Shown here piece by piece: positions 1 to 10,229 of a stretch of DNA of 64,000 nt; within the stretch, counting starts at the first letter, position 1; each line of letters starts with the position of its first letter. The notes beneath the pieces were generated by a model. That model did not search any database, was not told the DNA's origin, and was given only the letters and a program-made list of their open reading frames with translations. This DNA is from Candidatus Saccharimonadales bacterium (lineage in GTDB: Bacteria; Patescibacteriota; Saccharimonadia; Saccharimonadales; 2-12-FULL-41-12), in contig JBFIJM010000001.1 of assembly GCA_041600715.1 (NCBI GenBank), positions 128,387-192,386 of the forward strand, in the 5' to 3' direction. A program made the translations under genes and the position numbers.

Positions 1-1058
1 TGGATTTGCATCCCACGGACTGTGGCTCTTTGCTGTAATGTCGCAACCGTACTGGTTAGTACCGATTGCCAGTCTTCTTCGATTAATCGTAGGTTTAATT
101 GATCTTGATCTGCTTTAGCCACACTTAGTATGTTAGCTACGAAAGCAGATAAGCTTTCGCTAGCAGTGCTCATTCGTTGCATGGATTGACGCGTTTCTGG
201 GGTTAAGCTAGTGGATAATTCTTCCTCTAATACTTCTATGTACCCGCGTAGAATTGTTAGGGGTGTCCGTATTTCGTGAACAGCGAGCGCTACCAGATTT
301 AGAGCTTCATCTTCAGCCTGGAATACATTATTTTGGTCACAGAAAACCAGTATCGTCTCTGTTCCGCTGGGGTGGTCTTTACGATATCTTGCAACTACAT
401 CAAAATAACTTCTCTGTTCTCCATTATTAGTACGTATGTCCACTTTTCTCCATATTTTTTCGTTTTTCACGCTAGTTTCGCTAACTTCAGTAACCCAGTC
501 TTCAATGGTTCCATCAATGAATTTCATGTTCAGAGCGTCTGTAATCTTACTTCCAGCGAGCGACTCAATTGCAAAAATATCTACACTTGCTTGATTAGCG
601 AAAGTGACCAGGCTGTTTTTATCCAGACCGATGACAGCTACTGGTAACGAATCAAGGGTTTCCAGCCCTGGTTGGTTCGCAGAACTAGAATCTGTTAACT
701 GACTTACGCTAGCGAAGTCATATATTTGTCTGGTAAGAGCTGTTATAAACTCTTTTCCAAAAGTTAGATTATCCATATTGGGCGCAGAAGTAAGGTGATG
801 ATTCGGTGAAATATGCATGATTGCATTAGCAAGATATTCCGTAGGTTTAACAAGTATTCTTGTAATAATGTTCGCGGTGATAACAGAGAATATTAGAGTA
901 AGTGTCAACAAGGTAGCGATAACACCTAGCTCGCTTATGGCTTGATGGTAGATTAGGTAGTATCCAGAGCCTGCAATAAGGAGTGTATTCCATAATATTC
1001 CTATAAATACATAAGACCAGAATGTTTTTTTATAGTTCTGTGAATACCCCTCCCCCAT
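1..1058 (-). CDS. Sensor histidine kinase, N-terminal ~350 aa (3' end lies beyond the left edge of the window)
   Basis: Open minus-strand frame runs from ATG at 1058 (MGEGYSQNYKKTFWSYVFIGILWNTLLIAGSGYYLIYHQAISELGVIATLLTL, two hydrophobic helices) to position 1 with no stop. The in-frame H-box HEIRTPLTILRGY starts at His codon 278-276. It is absent from the ORF track only because it is open-ended. Confidence 0.75.
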   Translation of the reverse strand, partial: MGEGYSQNYKKTFWSYVFIGILWNTLLIAGSGYYLIYHQAISELGVIATLLTLTLIFSVITANIITRILVKPTEYLANAIMHISPNHHLTSAPNMDNLTFGKEFITALTRQIYDFASVSQLTDSSSANQPGLETLDSLPVAVIGLDKNSLVTFANQASVDIFAIESLAGSKITDALNMKFIDGTIEDWVTEVSETSVKNEKIWRKVDIRTNNGEQRSYFDVVARYRKDHPSGTETILVFCDQNNVFQAEDEALNLVALAVHEIRTPLTILRGYIEVLEEELSTSLTPETRQSMQRMSTASESLSAFVANILSVAKADQDQLNLRLIEEDWQSVLTSTVATLQQRATVRGMQI

Positions 1059-1072
1059 GCCTAGATCCAGCC

Positions 1073-2335
1073 TTACGGCGTGAAGCTCACTTGATCGGGG
1101 GCTTTTATGAGTGTAATCCAGGTTTGGCCAGGGTTTAATTTGACCGGCTGACCAGTGGCATCAGTAAATGTAAATTGTTCTTTATCGCCGGCCTTAGACC
1201 ATGTAACTGGGATAGCTTGACCATCCTGAAAGATAGTTCCAGCTCCTGTTCCGATATAGTTATACACTGAATAGATTCCATTTTGAGAAAAAGCCATCGC
1301 AAGTGCAACTACAACCTTTGGCGATAGTTGTGCTCCGGACCGCTGGTCAGTGTGAGGCACACCGCCCATTACACGGTTGTAGGAGTTTGAAGTCTGTTCA
1401 TAGTCGTAATGAACATTATATAAATCGCTTGATATCGTAAGATTAATACCTCTAGCAACCACCGGTTTCCCTGGTTCTTCTTTTTTTCTCTCAAAACTTT
1501 TTACGTTGCTTGTAGTGTAGCCACGTGACGCAATGATTTGGTCTAATGCAGAGGTGCTACTGTACAGATTGTGGGGTGCGAAGCGGTCACTAACACGTTG
1601 GAATGCTCCAGCGTTAGGTCCGTGATCTAGATCCTTGATACCTAGCTCGTTAAGCTTAGCTAGTCCTTCACCACTTCCTCCTGCATGAACAAAAACCGGG
1701 TCAAATGGAGCAGCAAGTCCTGCGTAGTATGGCCTTACAGAACGTATCGGACCGATGTAATCAGGCATTGTCTCTAGGAAGCTAACGTTAAACCGTGTAA
1801 TCCCCCCTTCGGCGATAGCTTCATATATTACACCAGCATCTTTCATACCTGACTGGGGGCGTGCATCAGGGCTGTTTTCGATCTGAATAGATGTAACTGG
1901 GCGTTTGTTAAGTTCTATAGGAATTTCGACCCCAGTTAGCTTCGATGCTTCTGTAGTTGGAGGTGGTGGCGCAACTTCAGCCTTAGGCGGTTCTTTAACT
2001 ACTGGTTCAGGCTTAGACAAGTGTTTTTGTAATGCATATACGCCTGCACTTCCTGCAATAAGTAACGTAGCTAATATGATAGCGCCAATTATTTTCTGCT
2101 TTTTGGTGGCGTGCTTATAAGAAATGTTACCAAGTTTCTTAAACTTATCTTTAAGTGTCTCCTTTGTGGGATTCTCAGTAGCTTGCTCTTTGGGTATTTC
2201 CACAAAGCCAGACTCTTGATCTACTAGGTCTGGAGGCACAAAAGCTGGTTCATCTGGGATAAGTTCTGGTTCAGTTTTTTGTTTGGTCTCATCCTGTGGG
2301 AGTAAGGGTTCTTTAGGTCGAATGTCGTTTACCAT
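1073..2335 (-). CDS. DUF3048 (YerB-like) domain protein, membrane anchored
   Basis: 420-aa ORF with a single TM (IIGAIILATLLIAGSAGVYAL) and a Pro-rich linker. The block PQSGMKDAGVIYEAIAEGGITRF...IRSVRPYY is typical of DUF3048. Confidence 0.65.
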   Translation of the reverse strand: MVNDIRPKEPLLPQDETKQKTEPELIPDEPAFVPPDLVDQESGFVEIPKEQATENPTKETLKDKFKKLGNISYKHATKKQKIIGAIILATLLIAGSAGVYALQKHLSKPEPVVKEPPKAEVAPPPPTTEASKLTGVEIPIELNKRPVTSIQIENSPDARPQSGMKDAGVIYEAIAEGGITRFNVSFLETMPDYIGPIRSVRPYYAGLAAPFDPVFVHAGGSGEGLAKLNELGIKDLDHGPNAGAFQRVSDRFAPHNLYSSTSALDQIIASRGYTTSNVKSFERKKEEPGKPVVARGINLTISSDLYNVHYDYEQTSNSYNRVMGGVPHTDQRSGAQLSPKVVVALAMAFSQNGIYSVYNYIGTGAGTIFQDGQAIPVTWSKAGDKEQFTFTDATGQPVKLNPGQTWITLIKAPDQVSFTP

Positions 2336-2364
2336 AGATGATAGTGTATCAATTCTGTACTTAT

Positions 2365-3801
2365 CTAAGCAAATTCACTAAGTTGCTCATCGATACGTCG
2401 CAAACTTTTGTCTTTTCCTAATAAAGCCAAGGTATCGTTAAGTGCAGGACTTGAGGGGTTTTGAGAGATAGCTATTCGTATTAGACCGAACAAACATACC
2501 GGTTTTTCTCCTGTTGTCTCAATTAATTCATTAAGTACGTCCTGAATTTCTTGTGGTTCCCATTTTGGCTTTTCTAGAGCAGTTCGACTCACCTGCAATA
2601 AAGTTTTAAGTTGTTCTTTAGAATATTTTTTTAGTTGCTTATGCTCACTTATAAGGTTGTCATCGACAGGTAGATCTTCAAAGAAAAATTTTGTTAAGCT
2701 GGGAAGCTCAGCATAGAACTTAAGTCGTTCTTTTACGAGGATAAGTACTTCCTTTTTGTATGAGTCGCTAGCTTCCGATGCGCTTTCTGGCCAGAACTCC
2801 TCTACTCGGTTGTAAAGGTCATCTATTTCCATATTTCTGATATGAGCGCCACTCAGCCAAAGAAGTCGTCTTTCATCAAAACGCGCTCCACTTCGCTGAA
2901 CCCTCTTAAGGTCAAATTTATCTATCAATTCTTTTGGCGAGAAGATTTCCTGCTCAGTACCATCATTCCAGCCTAATGTGGCCAAGAAGTTCATTAATGC
3001 TTCTGGTGGATAGCCTTCATTTTTGTATTCTATGATCTGTTTCGCTCCATCTCGCTTGCTGAGCTTCTTGTTACCGTCGGGTCCTAAAACATTCGGAACG
3101 GTCGCAAAGACCGGGGCGTCGATTTCTAGGGCTTCATAAAGATTTAGAAAACGTGGCATTGAGGATATAAACTCTTGTGATCTAATAACATGAGTAATCT
3201 TCATTAGGTAATCGTCAATAATGTGGCAGAAATTATAAGTAGGAAAGCCGTCGGCTTTCATTATTATAAAATCATCAACCGCATCAGGTCCTGCGCTAAG
3301 GTCACCCATAACTTCATCATGCCAGGAGTATTCTCTTGGATTGCTCTTCAGTCTAAGCGCCTTCGTGCCGTCCCACTTTGGAGGATTATCTGGTCTATGA
3401 TGACGGAATAAAAACGGGCGCTTTTCATTCCTAGCCTGAGCCCGAAAAGACTCTAGTTCCTCAGGGGTGTAAGGGTCCGGGTAAGCTAGCCCTTTGTTTG
3501 CAAGTTTATCTGCCCACTCTTTGTATATATGCAAGCGTTGACTTTGTATATAAGGCCCATAATCCCCGCCTATCTCTAATCCTTCCTGCCAGTCGATGCC
3601 TAGATAGCGCAGGGATTCTACAATATTCTCTATTGCTCCATCAACCTCACGGGCTTGGTCAGTATCTTCTATGCGAAGTATAAAAGTACCTCCTGCTTGT
3701 CTGGCAGTTAGCCATGCGAACAAAGCAGTACGGACCGTACCGGCATGTAACGCTCCAGTTGGACTAGGTGCAAACCGCGTCCTTACTTTAGTTTCAGTCA
3801 T
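2365..3801 (-). CDS. gltX: Glutamyl-tRNA synthetase
   Basis: Class I aaRS signatures are present: RFAPSPTGALHAGT and the KMSKS-type KLSKRDG. Start placed at MTETKVRTRF (ATG 3801); the ORF-track start at 3861 is an upstream extension. Confidence 0.93.
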   Translation of the reverse strand: MTETKVRTRFAPSPTGALHAGTVRTALFAWLTARQAGGTFILRIEDTDQAREVDGAIENIVESLRYLGIDWQEGLEIGGDYGPYIQSQRLHIYKEWADKLANKGLAYPDPYTPEELESFRAQARNEKRPFLFRHHRPDNPPKWDGTKALRLKSNPREYSWHDEVMGDLSAGPDAVDDFIIMKADGFPTYNFCHIIDDYLMKITHVIRSQEFISSMPRFLNLYEALEIDAPVFATVPNVLGPDGNKKLSKRDGAKQIIEYKNEGYPPEALMNFLATLGWNDGTEQEIFSPKELIDKFDLKRVQRSGARFDERRLLWLSGAHIRNMEIDDLYNRVEEFWPESASEASDSYKKEVLILVKERLKFYAELPSLTKFFFEDLPVDDNLISEHKQLKKYSKEQLKTLLQVSRTALEKPKWEPQEIQDVLNELIETTGEKPVCLFGLIRIAISQNPSSPALNDTLALLGKDKSLRRIDEQLSEFA

Positions 3802-3901
3802 TAGATTATTGTAACAGATCGGATCGGATAGTTTTTGCGTATTCACTCTGTATGTTGTCATTCAACAGAACATACTTATAATTCGGTAATCTACCTAGCT
3901 A

Positions 3902-4588
3902 TTAATTTTTAGGCTTAGCTCTGTAGTCCTTCGCCACTGCCTTATATGCGGAGCTTGTAGCGCGTGCTTTAGTCTTAACTTCTTTTAAGTCTTTGTTCAT
4001 ATCTTTGCGCTGAGTAGTTCTTTCTCTGGTTAGCTTCAGGACACCATCTCTACCTGCCTTACTACTGCAGTCCATGTTCTTGGTATTTTCTTTCCATGCG
4101 CCTACAGAATCTGTAATTTTCTTTGACGCAGAATCTCTCGCATCTCGGAATTCAAGTATTCTTGCTGAGTATTTCTTGAAACTCTCTTTTTGGGCCATTC
4201 CTGCTTTTGCTTCTGCAACACCTCTTGCTCCACGATGACGCTCTAAGATCACATCGTAGTTAACTCTTTGTGCGTCGACGAGCTTACCTTTTTTATAGAT
4301 TTGTACAGTGCCTTTACCGGTGTAGGTAGGACGTTTCTGCTTATCTATTTGAGTTAGCTCTTTCGTCTCATATTTAGACATGTCTGCAGGAGGGAGATAA
4401 TAGTTCTTCTGATACAACTCTAGTTCTGAAGCAAAACCAACAAGAAGTTGCTTTCTTGTTTCGCATTTTTCTGTAGCCCTTTTAGTAGAAGCAGAGGGTT
4501 GCTTCTCGGCTGCCATAGCAGGCACAGGGACGCTAATAAGCAAAAATCCAGCAGCTAAAGCGCCGATAGTCATATTTTTTAATTTCAT
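3902..4588 (-). CDS. Hypothetical secreted Lys-rich protein
   Basis: 228-aa ORF with signal peptide MKLKNMTIGALAAGFLLISVPVPAMA. No recognisable domain. Confidence 0.5.
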   Translation of the reverse strand: MKLKNMTIGALAAGFLLISVPVPAMAAEKQPSASTKRATEKCETRKQLLVGFASELELYQKNYYLPPADMSKYETKELTQIDKQKRPTYTGKGTVQIYKKGKLVDAQRVNYDVILERHRGARGVAEAKAGMAQKESFKKYSARILEFRDARDSASKKITDSVGAWKENTKNMDCSSKAGRDGVLKLTRERTTQRKDMNKDLKEVKTKARATSSAYKAVAKDYRAKPKN

Positions 4589-4644
4589 GTTTATATCCTT
4601 ATATATTCTAATATTAGTAATACTTAAGCGTAAGTGTAATCCAT

Positions 4645-4685
4645 AAATAAATACGATGTCAATGCTGTTGACATCGTATTTATTT
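4645..4685 (-). terminator. Perfect 18-bp hairpin, probable intrinsic terminator
   Basis: AAATAAATACGATGTCAA / TTGACATCGTATTTATTT with a 5-nt loop. It lies about 16 nt downstream of the stop of the 4702..4965 gene, and the stem ends are A/T-rich. Confidence 0.55.
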
Positions 4686-4701
4686 AATTTTTAAGTATTA
4701 G

Positions 4702-4965
4702 TTATTGAGCTTCTTGTTGAAGTTCTTGTTCAACTTCTTGTTCTGCTTTCTCAAGATCAGTATCTGCTGTTTGTTCCTCACCGGTGTCAAGGTCTTCATC
4801 TTCACCTTCAACGGTGTCTTCTTGTGATGTTTCTGTCGGATCTGCAGTTTGGTTATCGCTCACTCGAGAGTAAGCGAAGGCTCCCAAAGCAACGAATGCA
4901 ACAACGAATACCAATATCATTAAAAGATGTGCAATGCCCTCTTCTTGATTGACTAATTTCTTCAT
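4702..4965 (-). CDS. Small membrane protein with acidic C-terminal tail
   Basis: Start moved to MKKLVNQ (ATG 4965), which is preceded by AAGGGTGGAAAT. It has one TM (HLLMILVFVVAFVALGAFAY) and an E/D/Q-rich tail. Confidence 0.5.
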   Translation of the reverse strand: MKKLVNQEEGIAHLLMILVFVVAFVALGAFAYSRVSDNQTADPTETSQEDTVEGEDEDLDTGEEQTADTDLEKAEQEVEQELQQEAQ

Positions 4966-5047
4966 ATTTCCACCCTTTCTTATAAGCATTTATGCTGTAT
5001 TGTTTTTCATCATATCATCGATTATGTCGTTCAGGAAGATGCTTATG

Positions 5048-6115
5048 TTAGAAACTGTTAGCAAGACGCAATAATTGATCGCTGGTTAAGCTCGCATTGC
5101 CCTCTACCTGGTACCAAATCCCACCATTTACCCAGGTAGCATTTGAGTTGTCGTATATATAAATTGTCTTGCCATTGTTCTGCCAAGTTTGGAAACATGT
5201 ACCACAGCGGGTACGTGTTACATGGTTAGCGAGCAACGACGCGCTATTCCAGTTACTGGCTTGTTGAGTGACCTTGAATTGCTTATCATCCGTTCGTGAT
5301 ACGAACTTCACACTAACACGACCAGACTGAGACTCTATTCCCCTACTCACTCCATAACCAGCTGGCTTGTAATTGGGTAGCTTGGCATCTACCCCAGATC
5401 GGGTAGATGCAACGCGCATTTCAATCGCTGGTGCGTTTTGGTATCCAAAGAATGCAACAAGCAGTAATAATGCTGTAGTTATGGTGGCAATGTTCGCAAA
5501 TCTATGCCTAAGACCAACTCTTTCAAGAAAGGGCGCTTTTCTGATCGCATCCTTTTCGAGTTGTTTCAAATGAGATGTGGCGTCATGTAGGGCGTGTTCA
5601 ATTTTTTCAAGTTCTGAGTTAGCTTTTTTCGCCAAGGCTTTGGGCTGTAACCCCTGAGCAACTACAGGTAAGTGAGCTTCTTTCTTGATGATAGTTGCGG
5701 TTGCTGAACTGCCAAATTTAGATATGTGCGGGCTTTTAGGAGAAGCATCTGCTCGTGCTTTTCGGACAGCATGCACACCTGAGTGTTTAGTAATGTATGT
5801 ATTCGGCTTCTGTATATCGTTTTTAATCTGACTAGGTTTCTTAACAGCTGGACGCATCAAGGTTGTAGATTTCTGGACTCCACGTACGCCTGGTTTTGCC
5901 TGAGTATGCGATACGGCCGGCTTAGGCTTAGGGGCTAAGGCTAGGGTGTTACCTCCGCTCCGTTTAACAAACCCATCCACAGCAACCCCATTGCTTGGGG
6001 CAGGTTTCTTGGGCTCCACTGTTGCAGTAACTGGGTTTGAACCATCAATAATTTTACCGGTACGCGCATCGTATTGCTTACCGTTTAGTTCGATTGTTGT
6101 TTTTGGAGTGCCCAA
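5048..6115 (-). CDS. Hypothetical single-pass membrane protein
   Basis: 355-aa ORF with a basic, Pro/Lys-rich N-terminal half, a TM (IATITTALLLLVAFFGY) and a ~130-aa extracytoplasmic C-terminal domain. No motif recognised. Confidence 0.5.
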   Translation of the reverse strand: MGTPKTTIELNGKQYDARTGKIIDGSNPVTATVEPKKPAPSNGVAVDGFVKRSGGNTLALAPKPKPAVSHTQAKPGVRGVQKSTTLMRPAVKKPSQIKNDIQKPNTYITKHSGVHAVRKARADASPKSPHISKFGSSATATIIKKEAHLPVVAQGLQPKALAKKANSELEKIEHALHDATSHLKQLEKDAIRKAPFLERVGLRHRFANIATITTALLLLVAFFGYQNAPAIEMRVASTRSGVDAKLPNYKPAGYGVSRGIESQSGRVSVKFVSRTDDKQFKVTQQASNWNSASLLANHVTRTRCGTCFQTWQNNGKTIYIYDNSNATWVNGGIWYQVEGNASLTSDQLLRLANSF

Positions 6116-6290
6116 ACCCTTGTACCCTCTCTTTTTTACTGCGCTATATTAAAGCGTTGCAGGTGCTTGTGAACAAGTGTAATGCAAAACATGTTTTTTT
6201 GGCAAAGGTTTTTTGGTATTTGACCTGTTAAGTCGTATCTGGGTATTCAGCATAAATAAAATACGTTAAACTATATAATGAAATATAACT

Positions 6291-7787
6291 ATGGATTTTC
6301 TCGACCCAAGATCTAAAAAACGGCGTACTATCAGGCTTCTGCTTGGTTATTTTCTTGTTAGCGTCATGATAGTTACTTCTAGTGTAATACTAGTCTTCCA
6401 AGCTTATGGATTTGATGTTGATAGAAAGACAGGAGAAGTAATACAGAACGGTTTGGTTTTTGTTGATAGCGCACCAGATGACGCAACCATCTATCTTAAT
6501 GGCAACAGGCAAAAAAGTTTAAGTAACACTCGACTTGCAATCCCTGCCGGTAGTTATGAGTTAAAAATAACAAAGGATGGGTATCGTGATTGGACTCGCA
6601 ATTTTACCCTCAGTGGGGGTAGTGTGGAGCGCTTTACATACCCAATGTTAATCCAGCAGACTCTAGTACCTGATGAGATCGTGAGTTTAGGTAATGCTGA
6701 ACCAGCTTTTGTAACCCAGAGCCCCGATAGGCGATGGGCTTTAGTGAGTAAAGCGGATTCGTTTACTGAGTTCTTTGAATATGACCTAAATAATGTAGAC
6801 AAAAACACCGATATTCCTAGACAGCGATCGATCGCTTTTTCGGGCGATATATTTACACGTAGTGACGGTCAGCGTGCTGTGGAGCTTGTTGAGTGGTCTA
6901 CAGATAACAAGCACGCACTTATAAAGCATACTTATGGTACAGGTTATGAATTTATTATCTTAAATCGAGACAATCCAACTGAATCGTTTAATATTAATCG
7001 ATTATTGGGGCGCACTCCAACTGCAGTTACGCTTCGTGATAAGAAGTTCGACCAGTGGTATTTACATACATCAGAAGGTGGTATTCTAGAAACAGCAGAT
7101 AGCAGTAAGAACATTCAGCTTATAGTAAGAAACGTTGCAAGCTATAAATCGCATGACTCTGAAACTATTCTTTATGTCCTAAATAGCACAAACTCGAAAT
7201 CTCAACAGATCTTTATTCGCCAAAATAATAACAGTTACTTACTTCGTGAAGTAGGGGCTGGTGAGGTTAAACTAGATATTGCTAGGTATGATGGAGATTG
7301 GTATGCGTTGGTAGCGAGTGATACCGATAAGGTGAACTATATATATAAAGATCCTGTATCTTTCCTTGAACAAAATGTAGACCGAAAGCCTGTGCCTGTA
7401 TCTATCTTGAGAGCATCAACCGGCACATTTGATTGGGTATCATTTTCTCAAAATACTAGGTTTATGGTGGCACAGAGCGGACAGCATTTTGAGGTTTACG
7501 ACGCTGAGTACAGCGAGACATACCGCTACAATATTAAAGCACCAATAGATACCGCCACGGAAGCTAAATGGATGGATGGTCATCGTATACTGCTTCGGAG
7601 CGATAACAACGTAACAATCTTTGATTTCGATGGATCTAACTTGCAGTCACTCATTCCTTCTTTACCTGGACAACCAGTTTATTTTGATAGAGATTACACC
7701 GTCATGTATACGGTTAATTCTTCTGGCAGACAAGCTACTAACTATGGATTTATAAGTACTAGTCTAAGATTCGAACAAGATAAATAA
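6291..7787 (+). CDS. PEGA domain-containing membrane protein
   Basis: N-terminal TM, then a PEGA-like block (DDATIYLNGNRQKSLSNTRLAIPAGSYELKITKDGYRDW), then a long beta-rich C-terminal region. Confidence 0.6.
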   Translation: MDFLDPRSKKRRTIRLLLGYFLVSVMIVTSSVILVFQAYGFDVDRKTGEVIQNGLVFVDSAPDDATIYLNGNRQKSLSNTRLAIPAGSYELKITKDGYRDWTRNFTLSGGSVERFTYPMLIQQTLVPDEIVSLGNAEPAFVTQSPDRRWALVSKADSFTEFFEYDLNNVDKNTDIPRQRSIAFSGDIFTRSDGQRAVELVEWSTDNKHALIKHTYGTGYEFIILNRDNPTESFNINRLLGRTPTAVTLRDKKFDQWYLHTSEGGILETADSSKNIQLIVRNVASYKSHDSETILYVLNSTNSKSQQIFIRQNNNSYLLREVGAGEVKLDIARYDGDWYALVASDTDKVNYIYKDPVSFLEQNVDRKPVPVSILRASTGTFDWVSFSQNTRFMVAQSGQHFEVYDAEYSETYRYNIKAPIDTATEAKWMDGHRILLRSDNNVTIFDFDGSNLQSLIPSLPGQPVYFDRDYTVMYTVNSSGRQATNYGFISTSLRFEQDK

Positions 7788-7788
7788 T

Positions 7789-8964
7789 CTAGTTTCCGAA
7801 GAGACGTTGCCAAAGGCTTATGGAGTTGCTTGGTAATTCCTGTGGTTGGCTTACTTTAGTCTGCTGTACACTGCTTTCGGCGTTATTAGCCGGGCTTGGG
7901 AATATCTGTTCTGCCTGGATTATAAGCCTATTGGTAGATGTGCCAGGTGGGTCGCAGGTTATAAGCGTCATTGTAGCTTCTCTGTCGGTTGGGTTCAGGA
8001 CTGATAAGTCGTCAGGGCTGGTCACAAATTCGTTATACACCTTGTAGACGTAGCGCTTGCCGTCCTTTTGGATAATAAAAGTATCATCTTTGTCTAGGCT
8101 TTTTAAAAGTAAAAATGCGAATTTATATTTGCCTTTATTGAGTATATTACTACTAGAGTGGCCAAATATAACTGAGTTCCCTTTTTCTCCCGGATTAGGT
8201 GTCGTTGCGTAATGAACCACACCACGTTCTAGGCCTGCCTGCACTGCTTTCTCTTCGATACTCTCGACGTCGTATACTACCGGGGCTTCAACATTGATTT
8301 TAGGGATTATAATTTTCGCTTCAGGCCCCACTTCTCCACTGCCATTCGGATCGACAATAATTGGCGTTGCGCTTACGTTATGACTTGGTCTTATAAAAGG
8401 AGTTATAAAACGTTCGTTAAAGAAACTAAATAAAAATACAAACAACACCAAAAAGCCCATACTAAACCCAAACACCAAAGATTTTAGATGATGGTTGTCT
8501 TTGGTTTGAGATTGGACATGCTGTAAAATTTGACCCTTAATATTGTCAGGGTAGGTTTTGGCAGGTTTCCCGATGACCTTCTCTGGTGTAAAGCTTTTTT
8601 TTGACTCAGGCGTGGTTTTGGGTTCTGGGGTGTCTGCTTTTTTTTGCTTTAATAACGCCTGCTCGCTATAAAACTCTTGCCAAAGTTCATGTTTTTCTAC
8701 GGTCGGTAAATTTTGGTAGTAATTATGCCATTCTGTCTGAATTTCCGCTGTGCTTTTACCTGATTTAGTAAGGTTATGCATAAAACGTTGATGCTTTGAT
8801 AGGTGTTGACCATGTTTAGCTTCAACTTCTGTAGCTTCGAGCTTTGCTTCGGGTTCACTTCCATAGAGAGCGTCCAGTTTATTGCGAATCACACCAACAG
8901 CAGCATCGCGGGAAGCATGCTCTTCATGGCGTAGATTTGGGGGTGTAATATCGTCGGGGTTCAT
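7789..8964 (-). CDS. Sortase family transpeptidase
   Basis: TM followed by a sortase core with catalytic His (SVIFGHSS), the TLITC Cys signature (MTLITCDPPGT) and a downstream Arg (NRLII). Confidence 0.75.
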   Translation of the reverse strand: MNPDDITPPNLRHEEHASRDAAVGVIRNKLDALYGSEPEAKLEATEVEAKHGQHLSKHQRFMHNLTKSGKSTAEIQTEWHNYYQNLPTVEKHELWQEFYSEQALLKQKKADTPEPKTTPESKKSFTPEKVIGKPAKTYPDNIKGQILQHVQSQTKDNHHLKSLVFGFSMGFLVLFVFLFSFFNERFITPFIRPSHNVSATPIIVDPNGSGEVGPEAKIIIPKINVEAPVVYDVESIEEKAVQAGLERGVVHYATTPNPGEKGNSVIFGHSSSNILNKGKYKFAFLLLKSLDKDDTFIIQKDGKRYVYKVYNEFVTSPDDLSVLNPTDREATMTLITCDPPGTSTNRLIIQAEQIFPSPANNAESSVQQTKVSQPQELPSNSISLWQRLFGN

Positions 8965-9038
8965 AATAGTAAAACAATAAGCACAAGTAGTGCCACAACA
9001 GATAGTATAGTATAATTACCTGGTCTATGACAGGATAA

Positions 9039-9125
9039 GCCGCGGTGGTGGAATTGGTAGACACGCCAGACTCAAAATCTTGTGTCCTTAGGGACGTGCC
9101 GGTTCAAGTCCGGCCCGCGGTACCA
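9039..9125 (+). tRNA. tRNA-Leu (anticodon CAA), CCA encoded
   Basis: Cloverleaf readable by eye: acceptor GCCGCGG/CCGCGGT, anticodon loop CTCAAAA, long variable arm, T-arm GCCGG-TTCAAGT-CCGGC, then ACCA. There is one C:U mismatch in the anticodon stem. Confidence 0.85.
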
Positions 9126-9200
9126 TTTTTTTCGCTTCACGTTAATCTAATAACTGATCGTGGCCGCGATTGTTCTGTTATACTTACACTCAAAGCGACC

Positions 9201-9545
9201 ATGATGACGAAAATTTCTATCTGGCTATCTATCCTTACCCTGACGGCTTACTTTGTAGCGGTAATAGTTAACTATGCTAACAAGGATGAATATAGGGGAG
9301 TTTTTGCAGTCGTTATTCCAGCGACGATGTTTTTAATATTGCTTCTCCTAAACTTCTTATTTATTACAGCAATAACTATAAAATTGCTTTATAAGCGAAA
9401 ATTAATCAGGCGAGCCCCATTCATATGGTTTATATCTGTAATTACGGTAATTACCCTTCACCAAATCGTATTTACAATTGTAAATGACAAGGAGCGCAAA
9501 CAGGAATTAAGCCAGCCCATCTACCGACCTGTGAACTTGGAATAA
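9201..9545 (+). CDS. Hypothetical 3-TM membrane protein
   Basis: Start moved to MMTKISIWLSILTL (9201) because the first 52 codons of the track ORF translate the tRNA-Leu gene. Hydrophobic throughout. Confidence 0.45.
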   Translation: MMTKISIWLSILTLTAYFVAVIVNYANKDEYRGVFAVVIPATMFLILLLLNFLFITAITIKLLYKRKLIRRAPFIWFISVITVITLHQIVFTIVNDKERKQELSQPIYRPVNLE

Positions 9546-9668
9546 TCAGCGAACAAAGCATTTGTACTTGACATGTAATATAAACTATGTTATTATAGAA
9601 ATATACAGTGTTGCTATTTGGTTAGCGACCAATCTCTTTGAATTACAAAATATAAAAAAGGAGGCTTC

Positions 9669-10229
9669 ATGGAAAAGCCCAATAAATTAATATTAATCAA
9701 CGGAAATCCTGGTATGGGTAAAACAACCCTGGCCCAGATGTATGTTGACGAAAACCCCCTATCATTAAATCTCGACATTGATAATATCTGGATTATGCTG
9801 GGGCAATGGCAACACACCCGTCCAGAATCTGAAGTTATCAAACTTGATTATGCATATACGCTTGCTGACATGCACTTAGCTCGAGGCTATAATGTCATCG
9901 TGCCGAACCTGATGCAGACATTTGACCAATATGAACGATTCGAGGCAATAGCCCGTTCAAATAACGCTGTTCTTAAGGAGATTGTTCTGATGAGTAGTTG
10001 TAATGACGCAATCGAGCGTTGCAAGATGAGAGCCCGAAGCCAGGGACACCCTGAAGGGTTTCGTCCTGGTGGTGTTCTAGATACAGGTGGTCGAGAAAAA
10101 ATGCTCGAACGTTTCTATGAGAATATGCTCGGTGCAGTCGCAACTAGACCCAATATAATCACTGTCCAGTCCGTATACGGCGATATCGACAGCACTTACC
10201 AGAAGCTAGTTACTGCAATTAATGACTAG
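9669..10229 (+). CDS. P-loop NTPase / small-molecule kinase-like protein (AAA_33-like)
   Basis: Walker A LINGNPGMGKTTLAQ lies at the N-terminus. The gene has the strong RBS AAAAGGAGG. Size and layout resemble zeta-toxin or gluconate-kinase-type kinases. Confidence 0.55.
   Translation: MEKPNKLILINGNPGMGKTTLAQMYVDENPLSLNLDIDNIWIMLGQWQHTRPESEVIKLDYAYTLADMHLARGYNVIVPNLMQTFDQYERFEAIARSNNAVLKEIVLMSSCNDAIERCKMRARSQGHPEGFRPGGVLDTGGREKMLERFYENMLGAVATRPNIITVQSVYGDIDSTYQKLVTAIND

Noticed and set aside
333-647. 104-aa plus-strand ORF from the track
   Set aside because: It lies antisense inside the open-ended histidine kinase frame (1..1058, minus). It has low-complexity composition and no RBS, so it is a shadow ORF.
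9045-9200. N-terminal 52 codons of track ORF 9045..9545
   Set aside because: They translate the tRNA-Leu gene (MVELVDTPDSKSCVLRDVPVQVRP is the tRNA read as protein). The membrane protein more plausibly starts at 9201.
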